From the NCBI GenBank assembly GCA_963695875.1, contig CAVOID010000005.1:150484-214483 (forward strand): 64,000 nucleotides of DNA, given 5' to 3'. The notes under the pieces were generated by a model. That model saw nothing but the letters and a program-made list of their open reading frames with translations, was not told where the DNA came from and did no database searches. The stretch's first letter is position 1. Each line of letters begins with the position of its first letter. Source of the stretch: an uncultured delta proteobacterium. GTDB taxonomy: Bacteria; Desulfobacterota; Syntrophia; Syntrophales; UBA2185. Made by a program: the position numbers and the translations under genes. Shown in pieces: positions 40,201 through 49,768 of this stretch.

Positions 40201-42654
40201 ATGGACACAATAAAGGCTGAAGTACCTGTTGAAAAGCTGCGTTGGCAGTGTGACCCCGCCGTTTTCGATTTTGAATGCACGAAAGAACTGGCCCCATTAC
40301 GTGAGTTCATTGGCCAGGACCGCGCCATACGAGCCATACAGTTCGGTCTTTCCATGAATCACGAGGGATACAATGTGTTCGTGGCAGGTTTGACCGGCAC
40401 CGGCAAGACTTCCATGGTGAAAACATACATTGACCGCCTCATAGCAAAGCACCAGATCGGGGATAACTTTTGTCCCCAGGACTGGGCCTATGTCCACAAC
40501 TTCACCGACCCCGATCGTCCCCAAGTCATCGGCATGCCGCAGGGTACCTGCAAGGAGTTTCGTAATAGAATTTCCAATCTGCTAGACCGTCTCAAAGAGG
40601 ATCTGGCCCGTGCATTTTCCAGCGATGAATATAAGAACAGCCGCAAGAAGGTAATCGAAGAAAGCCAGGCGAATCAGCAAAAAATCATGCAGGAAATCGG
40701 GGAATATGCCCAAAAGCATGGCTTTTTTCTGGAAGTGACCCAGGTTGGCCCTGTCCTGGTGCCCCTCATCGAGAGCCGTCCTATGAATCAGGCTGAGTAC
40801 ATGGCCCTTGATGAAAAGGTCCGTAAGGAATTGGACAAGCGCCATGCCGAGCTCCTAAAAAAGGTTCAGGATGCTTCCGAGAAACTCCACGAGTTACAGC
40901 ATCAGACTGTGCAAAAGCTTTCTGACACCGATAAGGCGTTGGCTGATGTAACCGTCACACGCCTCTTCGATGGAGTCCTTACCGATTATAAAGATCAATC
41001 GAAGATCACCCAGTTCCTTAACGACCTGAAAAAATACACGCTTGATAACCTGGATATTTTCAAGGCGGAAGAGGTAAAAACCCCGACCCTCTTCGGCCTG
41101 CCCTCTACACAGATCACGCAGGGCCGCGATCCGTACCTTCCTTTCCAGATAAACGTCTTCATCGATAACAGCGAAACCCAGGGACCACCCGTAATCACGG
41201 AGCCTAACCCGATTTACCCGAACCTGTTCGGCAAATTGGAGAGAAGATTTCTTTTCGGAGGTTATCTCAGCGATCATACCATGCTCAAACCGGGGGCCAT
41301 TCACCGCGCTAATGGAGGCTATCTGCTGCTGAGCGCGGCTGAGGTAATTACGAACATCGGCGTCTGGCCTGCCATCAAGCGGGCGATTCGCACCAAAGAG
41401 GTCAGGGTCGAAGATCCCTTCGAGCAATTCGGATTGATTGCACCGCAGGCGATGAAACCAGAACCGATACCTATTGAGACAAAATTCTTCCTGATCGGTG
41501 ACCCATTTATTTACCAGATGCTGGCTATGTACGATGAGGAGTTCTGGGAGCTGTTCCGTGTAAAAGCCGACTTCGACTATGAGGTGGAGCGCACCGGGAA
41601 GAACATTAGAGAGTTTGCTGCCTTTATCGCCGGCTGCTGTGAGGACTGCAAGCTGCACCACTTTGATCGCACAGGTGTGGCCAAGACTCTTGAATTCGCT
41701 TCCCGCATGGTGAGCGACCAACAGAAACTATCTTCCCGCTTTTCCCAAATAAAGGAGCTCGTCCAGGAGGCCGAGTATTGGGCCCGGCAGGATGGTGCGG
41801 AATTGGTTGGCGCCAGGCATGTGGAGCAGGCTATTGAGGAGCGGCGCTTTCGCCATAACCTGCCAGATGAGAGGATTAAAGAATTAATGGAACGAGGCAC
41901 AATCATGATCGACACGGAGGGCGCCGTTGTCGGCCAGGTCAATGGGCTTAGCGTCTATAGCCTTGGCGATATCACCTTCGGAAAGCCCTCACGCATCACC
42001 TGCCGCACCTTCCTGGGCCGGCATGGCATCATCAATATCGAGCGTGAGAGCCGGCTGAGCGGTCCTCTTCACAATAAAGGTGTGTTGATTCTGAATGGCT
42101 ACCTCGGCTCAAGATTCGCCCAGGACTTCCCGCTCTCTTTATCCGCCAGCCTCTGCTTTGAGCAGTCCTATGAAGGCGTCGAAGGCGATAGCGCCTCATC
42201 CACGGAGCTGTATGCCTTGCTTTCGAGTTTAGCCGATGTACCAATAAAACAGAGCATAGCCGTAACCGGCTCGGTTAATCAGAAGGGCGAAATCCAGCCC
42301 ATCGGCGGAGTTAACCAGAAGATCGAGGGATTCTATGGAATCTGCAAGACCAAGGGTCTGAGCGGTGATCAGGGTGTGATGATACCGCGCCGCAATGTAG
42401 ACAACTTGATGCTGCGTCAAGAAGTAATTGACGCCGTCAAAGCAGGACAATTTCACATCTGGGCGGTCAACACCGTAGATGAGGGGATTGAAATTCTGAC
42501 CGGTATGACAATGGGGCAATTGTCCAAAGGGCAGTTCCAGAAAAATACCATCAGTTTCAAGGTTGACCAGAATCTACGGGAGATGGCCAGGAAGCTCAAG
42601 GAATACAGCGGCGCGGGTGTGAATACACCCGATGAGCATAAAAAGGCAGACTAA
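40201..42654 (+). CDS. Lon-family protease (LonB/LonC-like)
   Basis: IGQDRA, GLTGTGKT, GAIHRANGG; Ser-Lys dyad GDSAS / GGVNQKIE. Confidence 0.92.
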   Translation: MDTIKAEVPVEKLRWQCDPAVFDFECTKELAPLREFIGQDRAIRAIQFGLSMNHEGYNVFVAGLTGTGKTSMVKTYIDRLIAKHQIGDNFCPQDWAYVHNFTDPDRPQVIGMPQGTCKEFRNRISNLLDRLKEDLARAFSSDEYKNSRKKVIEESQANQQKIMQEIGEYAQKHGFFLEVTQVGPVLVPLIESRPMNQAEYMALDEKVRKELDKRHAELLKKVQDASEKLHELQHQTVQKLSDTDKALADVTVTRLFDGVLTDYKDQSKITQFLNDLKKYTLDNLDIFKAEEVKTPTLFGLPSTQITQGRDPYLPFQINVFIDNSETQGPPVITEPNPIYPNLFGKLERRFLFGGYLSDHTMLKPGAIHRANGGYLLLSAAEVITNIGVWPAIKRAIRTKEVRVEDPFEQFGLIAPQAMKPEPIPIETKFFLIGDPFIYQMLAMYDEEFWELFRVKADFDYEVERTGKNIREFAAFIAGCCEDCKLHHFDRTGVAKTLEFASRMVSDQQKLSSRFSQIKELVQEAEYWARQDGAELVGARHVEQAIEERRFRHNLPDERIKELMERGTIMIDTEGAVVGQVNGLSVYSLGDITFGKPSRITCRTFLGRHGIINIERESRLSGPLHNKGVLILNGYLGSRFAQDFPLSLSASLCFEQSYEGVEGDSASSTELYALLSSLADVPIKQSIAVTGSVNQKGEIQPIGGVNQKIEGFYGICKTKGLSGDQGVMIPRRNVDNLMLRQEVIDAVKAGQFHIWAVNTVDEGIEILTGMTMGQLSKGQFQKNTISFKVDQNLREMARKLKEYSGAGVNTPDEHKKAD

Positions 42655-42969
42655 CTTCTTCATGCTTAGTTCCTAGATCTTCTCAGATTGCAAAAAATGC
42701 AGAGAATGGTGAAGATTGGCGGCTATGAATAAAGTGTACTGATCTCCATGTGTTACTGGAGAAGTATAAATAGAATCCGCTTGAATTTTGACGGAAATGA
42801 AGGAAAAATCCATCATATAATAATTATTATATTAAGAATGAATTATCATGATTTAAATTTTTTATTGTAGGATAATCCATTCACTTTTCTGACCAACCCC
42901 GGCTCTTTTGCAGGGGAAAAATAATAAAATACTTTTAACATTAATAACTTAAACATTTTAAACCCTTTC

Positions 42970-42985
42970 TGGAATACCTCTTGCA
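42970..42985 (+). promoter_or_regulatory. Sigma54 promoter
   Basis: TGGAAT-ACCTC-TTGCA in an AT-rich region upstream of 43122. Confidence 0.6.
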
Positions 42986-43121
42986 TTACTACCTGATATA
43001 ATGATTTGGATCCAAGATCATAAAAGCTAACATATTAATATTTAAAAGGTAATGGTAATGGAATATCCCTTCTTAACGCTATGCATAATAATTTCAAAAT
43101 AATGATTTATGGAGGTATACC

Positions 43122-43577
43122 ATGAAATTACTGATCGTAGATGATTATGCGGAGATTGTGGAAATTCTGTCTACCGCCATGGAGCTATCCGGTCATTGGG
43201 TAGATGAGGCATATGATGGGATTGAAGCGATCGAGAGGCTACAGAATGACTCATACGATGTTGTTATAGTAGATGCCGAAATGCCGCGAATGGGTGGTGT
43301 TGAAGTCTGCAAATTCTTAAAATCGCAATTTCCGGATGTTTATATCATCGGAATGAGCGGCTGCTTTCGCGCCCTGAAAGAGCTGAAGAAGGCAGGCGCC
43401 GACGTCTGCCTTTCAAAGCCTTTTCACATTGACGTAGTGGAGGAAATCATAGAGAATCTATATTGGACGTCCATGCCTGATTTTGGCTCTACTACATTCT
43501 ATTGTAATAATAATTTGCTGATAAACTCATTCGCCTTTATTTTTGCGGATTGTCCAAACCAGATTTCACAAGAATAA
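43122..43577 (+). CDS. Response regulator receiver (paralog of 5113..5478)
   Basis: IVDD, IVDAEMP, SKPF. Confidence 0.88.
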   Translation: MKLLIVDDYAEIVEILSTAMELSGHWVDEAYDGIEAIERLQNDSYDVVIVDAEMPRMGGVEVCKFLKSQFPDVYIIGMSGCFRALKELKKAGADVCLSKPFHIDVVEEIIENLYWTSMPDFGSTTFYCNNNLLINSFAFIFADCPNQISQE

Positions 43578-43707
43578 GGTGGGTAGTTCATCAGTAACCA
43601 AATGAGGCTCTTCATTTTAATCGTTTCATCTGTGGTTTGAAGGAATGAACAGCAAATCCCTGTAAATAATATGTAAGCCACTATTCTGCTTTTGAAAGGA
43701 GGGCATT

Positions 43708-44556
43708 ATGCCAGACTATCAAAAATTCAAACTATTCTTCAGAAAAGCCCTTACTCCCGTTACCATCATGTTTATCCCCCATGATAATTCCCGCAGATCA
43801 TTGAATTTAAATGTCCCTGCTATCGGTGTATTTCTATCAGCCATTTGCAGTGTAATCGGTGCTGTTTACCTCTTATCCATGCTTCCCGATGCCATCAGAT
43901 ATCAGGAAATTGAAAACCAGCTCCTTGATTATTCAAAAAAGGTCGTCGATTTCAAGGCCACACTCTTGTCTTTGAAAAAGGCGGAGAAGGATCTCCATCA
44001 ATTGATCTCACTGGGTTCCAGAGAAAAGATCTTTGAAAAGGTCGACACGTCGGACATGGGGTCATTCGACATCGATCAGGTGCAGGACCAGATCGAATCT
44101 TCCATGAAGACCGTCGGCGCCATCAAGGATTATCTGCGATCCCAAAAGGATCTTTATCTCGCTACCCCGAGGGGCTTTCCTGTTCAGGGTACAATCTCTT
44201 CCCCCTTTGGCAGTAGAATCAATCCAATTTCAGGAAGTTCTGAATTTCACCGAGGCCTTGATATTTCCACGACCACAGGTACACCCATAACGGCGACGGC
44301 AGATGGTGTCGTTGTCTTTTCCGGTTGGAACCGAGGTGGAGGTAATGTTGTTGTGATCGCACACAGTCATGGTTTTTCCACCTATTATGCCCACAACCGG
44401 AAGAATGCTGTACAGGTGGGACAGAGTGTCAAGCGGGGAGAGGTCATAGGATACATTGGTTCCACCGGCTCCGCTACAGGAAGCCATGTCCATTATGAAG
44501 TCTGGCATAACGGCAAAAATGAAGATCCAATTAGCTATACAGAGGGAAGATCCTGA
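43708..44556 (+). CDS. M23 family metallopeptidase
   Basis: N-terminal TM; HRGLD, YAH and HVHYEV. Confidence 0.92.
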   Translation: MPDYQKFKLFFRKALTPVTIMFIPHDNSRRSLNLNVPAIGVFLSAICSVIGAVYLLSMLPDAIRYQEIENQLLDYSKKVVDFKATLLSLKKAEKDLHQLISLGSREKIFEKVDTSDMGSFDIDQVQDQIESSMKTVGAIKDYLRSQKDLYLATPRGFPVQGTISSPFGSRINPISGSSEFHRGLDISTTTGTPITATADGVVVFSGWNRGGGNVVVIAHSHGFSTYYAHNRKNAVQVGQSVKRGEVIGYIGSTGSATGSHVHYEVWHNGKNEDPISYTEGRS

Positions 44557-44951
44557 TGTTCAATAGGAAGTCGGATAAACTGGAGCTTATTCTCGGGAAA
44601 AATTCAAAAATCACAGGGGATGTCGAATCCGCAGGGACGATCTTTGTCCAAGGAACTATCATCGGCAACATACATAGCGATAAAGTTATTCTTGGCGAGA
44701 AATCATATGTGAAGGGTGATATCTTTGCCGGCAGTATCTCAATCGCCGGTAAAATCGATGGTTGCCTGGAGGGGAAGGAATGTATCGAAGTCAAAGTAAC
44801 GGGGCATATTTCCGGGGATATTACGGCAAGACGGCTATCCATAATGGAGGGAGCGATTTTTAACGGCATTGCCCATATGGGTGATGCCTGTCAAAATCAA
44901 ACCAATGACACTGATAAGAACATTGTTGAATTTGCAGCCAAAGAACGGTAA
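44556..44951 (+). CDS. Bactofilin (polymer-forming cytoskeletal protein)
   Basis: Beta-helix repeats, GAIFNG; translationally coupled to the M23 gene (TGATG). Confidence 0.9.
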   Translation: MFNRKSDKLELILGKNSKITGDVESAGTIFVQGTIIGNIHSDKVILGEKSYVKGDIFAGSISIAGKIDGCLEGKECIEVKVTGHISGDITARRLSIMEGAIFNGIAHMGDACQNQTNDTDKNIVEFAAKER

Positions 44952-45091
44952 TATATTTTTATATAGCGAAGATCGTCAACAAACATCCTGCCCATAAGGT
45001 TTTTTGAAGCCGTAAATCAGGAAATTCCTGATTGTAAAGCACTGAGCAATTTTTATATAAGTATTCTAAGTTCAAATTTAAGATATAAACT

Positions 45092-45562
45092 ATGAAAAAC
45101 ATTCCAATCGTCAGACAGTCTGTCGCAATTATCTCATTCCTCATGGCTGGGATGTTAGTCATAGGACAAACAGGGTTTGCAGATAGCGACACAGTCCTTC
45201 AGGAAATACAACAAACAAAAGTGTGCCGGAACTGTGATCTGTCCGATATGAATTTTTCCAATGCGGACATTTGGGGTGCAGATCTGACAGGTGCAGACTT
45301 ATCCGGTGCAGACTTGTCCAGCGCTAACCTGACCTTCGTAAAGTTTCGTGATGCAAAACTGAAAGGCGCAAACCTGTCCAACGCGGATCTTACCAATGCA
45401 GACCTGTCCGGAGCAGACCTGACCAAGGCAAATCTATCCGGTGCAAATCTGACTGATGCAACCGTGTATGGTGCATATATGACTGACGCGGACCTGTCAG
45501 GTGCTGTGTGGACTGACGGAATTAAATGCCAAGATGGTTCCATCGGCGGCTGCTTGAAGTAG
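45092..45562 (+). CDS. Secreted pentapeptide-repeat protein
   Basis: Signal peptide, CRNCDL, A(D/N)LSG repeats, terminal C..GSIGGC. Confidence 0.9.
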   Translation: MKNIPIVRQSVAIISFLMAGMLVIGQTGFADSDTVLQEIQQTKVCRNCDLSDMNFSNADIWGADLTGADLSGADLSSANLTFVKFRDAKLKGANLSNADLTNADLSGADLTKANLSGANLTDATVYGAYMTDADLSGAVWTDGIKCQDGSIGGCLK

Positions 45563-45762
45563 AGTGCATCCGATTCGATCCAATTCATAATCTCATACCA
45601 AATACGAAACGATGTATCCATTTGCTCCATCAATAACCACAATACAGAAGATGGTCTCAGCTGAGCGGCTTGACATATGAGGATTCTCAGGAACTCCGCA
45701 TAGACGGCAAATCTATTCAACAGAAGTGAAAGTGTCACGCTCATAATTATCAGTAATGAAAT

Positions 45763-45791
45763 AAAAAAGGCAGACCGTCTGGCTCTGCCTT
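45763..45791 (-). terminator. Intrinsic terminator, 3-copy family
   Basis: Minus strand AAGGCAGAGCCAGACGGTCTGCC-T6, downstream of the MCP gene. Confidence 0.65.
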
Positions 45792-45882
45792 ATATAGATG
45801 CTTGTTGCAATTCACCTAATTATTGCCCTCAAACGGTATGTCTCATAACCGCTCAAGTAATAATTATGCGCATTACTCTATT

Positions 45883-47502
45883 CTAAAAATCCCTGAAATT
45901 CCTTTCTTGCATTGGAATTATCTGTTCAGGATCGACTTCACTGACAAGTTTTGATGCAGCTTCTTTCCGGCCACCCCGTTTCGCCGGAACAGTAGAAGAT
46001 ATAGCCTTCCCGACCCCTTTTTCAAATTTTCTGGCCGATGGCAACTGGGAGCCCTTACCATTCGCACTTCCGCCAACCACTTTCACGAGTTCACTTATCA
46101 CAGCCTTCATCTGCGCAGCCTGTTCATTCATTTCCTTAGATACGTAGGCCGATTTCTCCGCATTGGCTGCCGTTTGCTGCGTTACCTTGTCCATTCCCGC
46201 CACTGACTTGTTGATCTGATCGATCCCCTGAGCCTGCTCCCCCGATGCCGCCGCGATCTCGCCGACAAGTTCCGTCACCTTTTTGGCAACATGACGGTTG
46301 CTGGATAACTCACCGTTAACTTGGTCAAACAGGGCAGACGCCTCTTGGATCTTTGCCGTGGAGTCGGCAATCAGGACTTCCGTATTTTTTGCCGCTTCCG
46401 CCGACCGCATCGCCAGGTTCCGTACTTCATCGGCCACGACCGCGAAGCTGGCTCCCATTTCACCGGCCCTTGCCGCTTCTACGGCAGCATTCAAGGCCAG
46501 CAGATTCGTCTGAAATGCGATTTCATCGATCGTCTTGATGATCTTGGCCGTTTCCTCACTGGCACTTACACTGGCCTTAATAACTTCCTGCATCAAGGTC
46601 ATCTTATCGGAGATTACACGGTAACTCTGTCTGGCGTCATTGGACATCAGCAAACTGGCCTGTTGTGCATTATCGGCATTCTGTTTCGTCATGGAAGACA
46701 TCTCCTCAAGCGATGATGATGTTTCTTCGAGCGATGCTGCCTGTTCTGATGAACCCTCTGCAACTTGCTGGCCTGATGAAAAAACCTGGGAGGATGCCGC
46801 GGCTACCTGCTCGGCGCCATCAGAGAGTTTTGCAATAATGTGGTTGATAGGTTTTGTGATAGATCTGGAGAATAGAATTCCAAAAATCAGCGCGATAGCG
46901 ATGCCCACAATAGTGCCGGCAACAGCCATCAACTTTGCTCTTTGTTCTAAAGTCTTGGCGGCAGTCCTGGCTTCTTCGGCCGCCTTAATGTTTAGGTCGA
47001 TGAGATCCCCGAGGAATTTTTCAACAGTATAGAATGAGTCCGTTGTCTTGCCAATGGAAAGAATCGCAGCTTCATTACGCTTCCCGCTTTTAGCAAGTTC
47101 TATTACGTCACCATGATCTTTTTTCCAGGTCTCCCATGCCGGCCTGAATTTGTTCCAGATTTCTTCTCCTTCTCTGGTCCGGGACACTACCTCGTACATT
47201 TTCCATCCTTTATCAGCACGCTTCCACGCATCGTCAAGATTACGGAATTGAAGGGTCTTCAGGTTTTCATCATCGAGAAATTCCGGGATAATCAGCGATC
47301 TCTCGGCTTTGGAAATGGCTGTCTGCGCCTCTTTAATGATTTCCAGACCGATGATACTTGGAAGACGTACTTCCCCAACCTCCGTCAAGTCGCTGCTAAC
47401 CTTGGAAATTCCATACCATCCCACAAAACCTCCTACTGTAATAAGAAGAGCCATCATCAAAAAGCCGCCAATCAATTTTATATCCAACTTCATGTTCTTC
47501 AT
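45883..47502 (-). CDS. Methyl-accepting chemotaxis protein (four-helix-bundle sensor)
   Basis: Two TMs; IAFQTNLLALNAAVEAARAGE. Confidence 0.95.
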   Translation of the reverse strand: MKNMKLDIKLIGGFLMMALLITVGGFVGWYGISKVSSDLTEVGEVRLPSIIGLEIIKEAQTAISKAERSLIIPEFLDDENLKTLQFRNLDDAWKRADKGWKMYEVVSRTREGEEIWNKFRPAWETWKKDHGDVIELAKSGKRNEAAILSIGKTTDSFYTVEKFLGDLIDLNIKAAEEARTAAKTLEQRAKLMAVAGTIVGIAIALIFGILFSRSITKPINHIIAKLSDGAEQVAAASSQVFSSGQQVAEGSSEQAASLEETSSSLEEMSSMTKQNADNAQQASLLMSNDARQSYRVISDKMTLMQEVIKASVSASEETAKIIKTIDEIAFQTNLLALNAAVEAARAGEMGASFAVVADEVRNLAMRSAEAAKNTEVLIADSTAKIQEASALFDQVNGELSSNRHVAKKVTELVGEIAAASGEQAQGIDQINKSVAGMDKVTQQTAANAEKSAYVSKEMNEQAAQMKAVISELVKVVGGSANGKGSQLPSARKFEKGVGKAISSTVPAKRGGRKEAASKLVSEVDPEQIIPMQERNFRDF

Positions 47503-47672
47503 TTCTCAACTTCCTCTCTTTTTAAAATTATTTAATGAGAAATTTGTGTCAAGAGACACCTTTCAGACTAAATCCGTACGACCCAGTATGAGATCACGAA
47601 ACACTTTCATCACTAACCTGGCCGATATTTTTTAAGCTTGGAATTACTGATTAACAAAGGTAACCTATTACA

Positions 47673-47699
47673 TTATCGGCAATTTAAGAAATATATTTA
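47673..47699 (-). promoter_or_regulatory. Sigma28 (FliA) promoter
   Basis: TAAA-N15-GCCGATAA, an exact consensus match, upstream of the MCP gene. Confidence 0.85.
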
Positions 47700-47884
47700 A
47701 CAAAAAATTAAGTCGTATTTGATGAATGCGCTATTCTGCAAAGACTGTGACACCATGATTTAATGGAAACTAAAACAGCTATTAACCTGATAGTGGTTCA
47801 ACAGGAGAAAGTGGATAGGGCCGCTGTTATGCATGGCCTTTATTGTATCACACGCTGAATCAGCTAACCCGCTATGAACAAAAT

Positions 47885-47916
47885 AAAAAAGGCAAAGCCA
47901 ATCTGGCTCTGCCTTT
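47885..47916 (-). terminator. Intrinsic terminator, 3-copy family
   Basis: Minus strand AAAGGCAGAGCCA-GAT-TGGCTTTGCC-T6. Confidence 0.65.
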
Positions 47917-47983
47917 AATTTATCCTATTTTAAAGTATACTTAATTCTTAAACTTCATAATAACAATTCATAAGGAACAAAGT

Positions 47984-48184
47984 TTATGTTGTCGTCAACA
48001 TGCTAACTACGATGGTGGCCTTTACGATAAGCTCCTGCCCATCAGCCTCGCTTATCATCTTCTTTTCGATGTCTTCGCGTACCTTTTCGGTGAAGGCGTT
48101 CAGCTTTCTGATTACCGGTGTTATCTCTTTTCCTTGAAGATACAAAAATTCTTCAGGTTTTTTCCTCAGCACAGTATTCCTCAA
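47984..48184 (-). pseudogene. Probable C-terminal gene remnant (helical, FIMAH-like)
   Basis: KLNAFTEKV...ISEADGQELI; no good start; lies between a sigma54 promoter and a terminator. Confidence 0.35.
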
Positions 48185-48299
48185 TTTTCAGAATTAGTAT
48201 TTATCTTGATGGAAGATGGCTTATGGTCACCAGGACTCAACTTAAATGAGCAGCGGTAAAATATAAAAAAGTATCAGCCATTTATAGGAATAAAAATTT

Positions 48300-48315
48300 A
48301 GCAAGTAATGTACCA
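48300..48315 (-). promoter_or_regulatory. Sigma54 promoter
   Basis: Minus strand TGGTAC-ATTAC-TTGCT; repeated GTAAA..A..CCGAC motifs upstream at about 48380 and 48472. Confidence 0.65.
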
Positions 48316-48854
48316 TCTTCATAACTTACTGATTTTTAAGAAATTATATATTTTGAAGGCTCTTACGGAAGATTGAATTCGTAAAGAAACCCGACATTTT
48401 CTAATAATTTATTGAATAAAAAATAGAGAAAAGTTTATTATTACAATGTTATACAAATTAATATTATTTTTGTAAAATATTCCGACGATTTTACAATTTT
48501 TTACAAAAATAGATCATTAGGGATTGATCTTGTCTTGAAAATAGATTGCTAAATTATTACTGTAAAAATACTAGTATAAACTAGTACTATCTCATCTTAT
48601 CTCTGATTCCTATACAGGTATTTAGAAGTATGTAATCAGGTTCTTACGTATTGCATTTACTCTCCCATAAGTTTAATAATAAGAAGAAATAAGCAATAAG
48701 TCCCATAAACCTGAAGGATATGAATTGAGGTTGATCAATTCAGCAAGTGACTTTTTCAAGATAGAATTATTGGCCTGGTGGAGTCACTGACGGATAGGAG
48801 GCACATCAGTAGTTTGGGGCGTGTTCATTAGCCATTACCTGAGAGCCGGGCTTA

Positions 48855-49400
48855 ATGCACAAAGATAAGACGGGTTTTGTCGGGTACATGGGATATGTAC
48901 AGAAATGGAGATTAATGAGGAGCGCATCATTGTATAGTTTTAGAAACAGAAGTGAATTTTTACCTGAAACTGAGCCGGATATCCTTCTAATAGAGGATAA
49001 CAGATATAACATAGAGTTTATGCTTGAAGCCCTTGAGAATCATAATCTGGCCGACAGGGTTAAAATTTTAAAGGATGGTGAGAAGGCTCTGGACTATCTT
49101 TTTGCAGCCGGGGAATATTCAGGCCGCGATCCCTGTAAACAACCGAGGATGATTTTACTGGACTTGAGGTTGCCAAAGATAGGAGGGCTTGAGGTTCTTC
49201 GGAGGATCAAATCCAATGAGATGACAAGAATGATCCCCGTAGTGGTTTTTACATCTTCAGCTAAAGATGAGGACAGGGAGGAGAGTTACGAGCTGGGAGC
49301 AAACAGCTATATAGTAAAACCTAATTCGCATGAGAACTTCGTTAAAACGGTTGCCGAAATAGTTTCGTATTGGGCGCTGCAGAACGTGCCTTACTGCTGA
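48855..49400 (+). CDS. Single-domain response regulator (Rcp1-like); start uncertain
   Basis: ILLIEDN, ILLDLRLPK, GANSYIVKP. Confidence 0.85.
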   Translation: MHKDKTGFVGYMGYVQKWRLMRSASLYSFRNRSEFLPETEPDILLIEDNRYNIEFMLEALENHNLADRVKILKDGEKALDYLFAAGEYSGRDPCKQPRMILLDLRLPKIGGLEVLRRIKSNEMTRMIPVVVFTSSAKDEDREESYELGANSYIVKPNSHENFVKTVAEIVSYWALQNVPYC

Positions 49401-49472
49401 AAACGGATCGGGATGCTTTATATAAGCGATACTGACGATACCTCGATAATATAGAAATATAGACTATTCAAA

Positions 49473-49590
49473 ATTGAAGATCTCCGTAGTGAACTACGGA
49501 GAATCTTTGATCCACAAGGAATATTAATGTTCCCCATTCGCTCGCTTACCCCGCAGCAAGCCACGGGGAATGCGCTCGCTGCCGGATTCA
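49473..49590. repeat. Two-hairpin miniature element of about 118 bp, copy 2
   Basis: Direct-orientation copy of 37596..37712. Confidence 0.85.
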
Positions 49591-49768
49591 GTTCACTCAT
49601 ACAGGACCCTGAATATTCCTAGGACGAATACATCCAGGCATAACGCTCTGATGAGATTGTTTGTATTGCCCTTTATGCGGAGGCAACATTCATCTTCTAC
49701 GAGAAAAAGAAGCTCCTGATAGGAGACTCTTCCCCAAGGTATGATTAGATATCATACTGTGAGAAGTT

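Noticed and set aside
45230..45510. Short periodic repeats resembling a CRISPR or tandem array
   Set aside because: The 15-nt periodicity is explained by the pentapeptide-repeat coding sequence; there are no spacers or cas genes.
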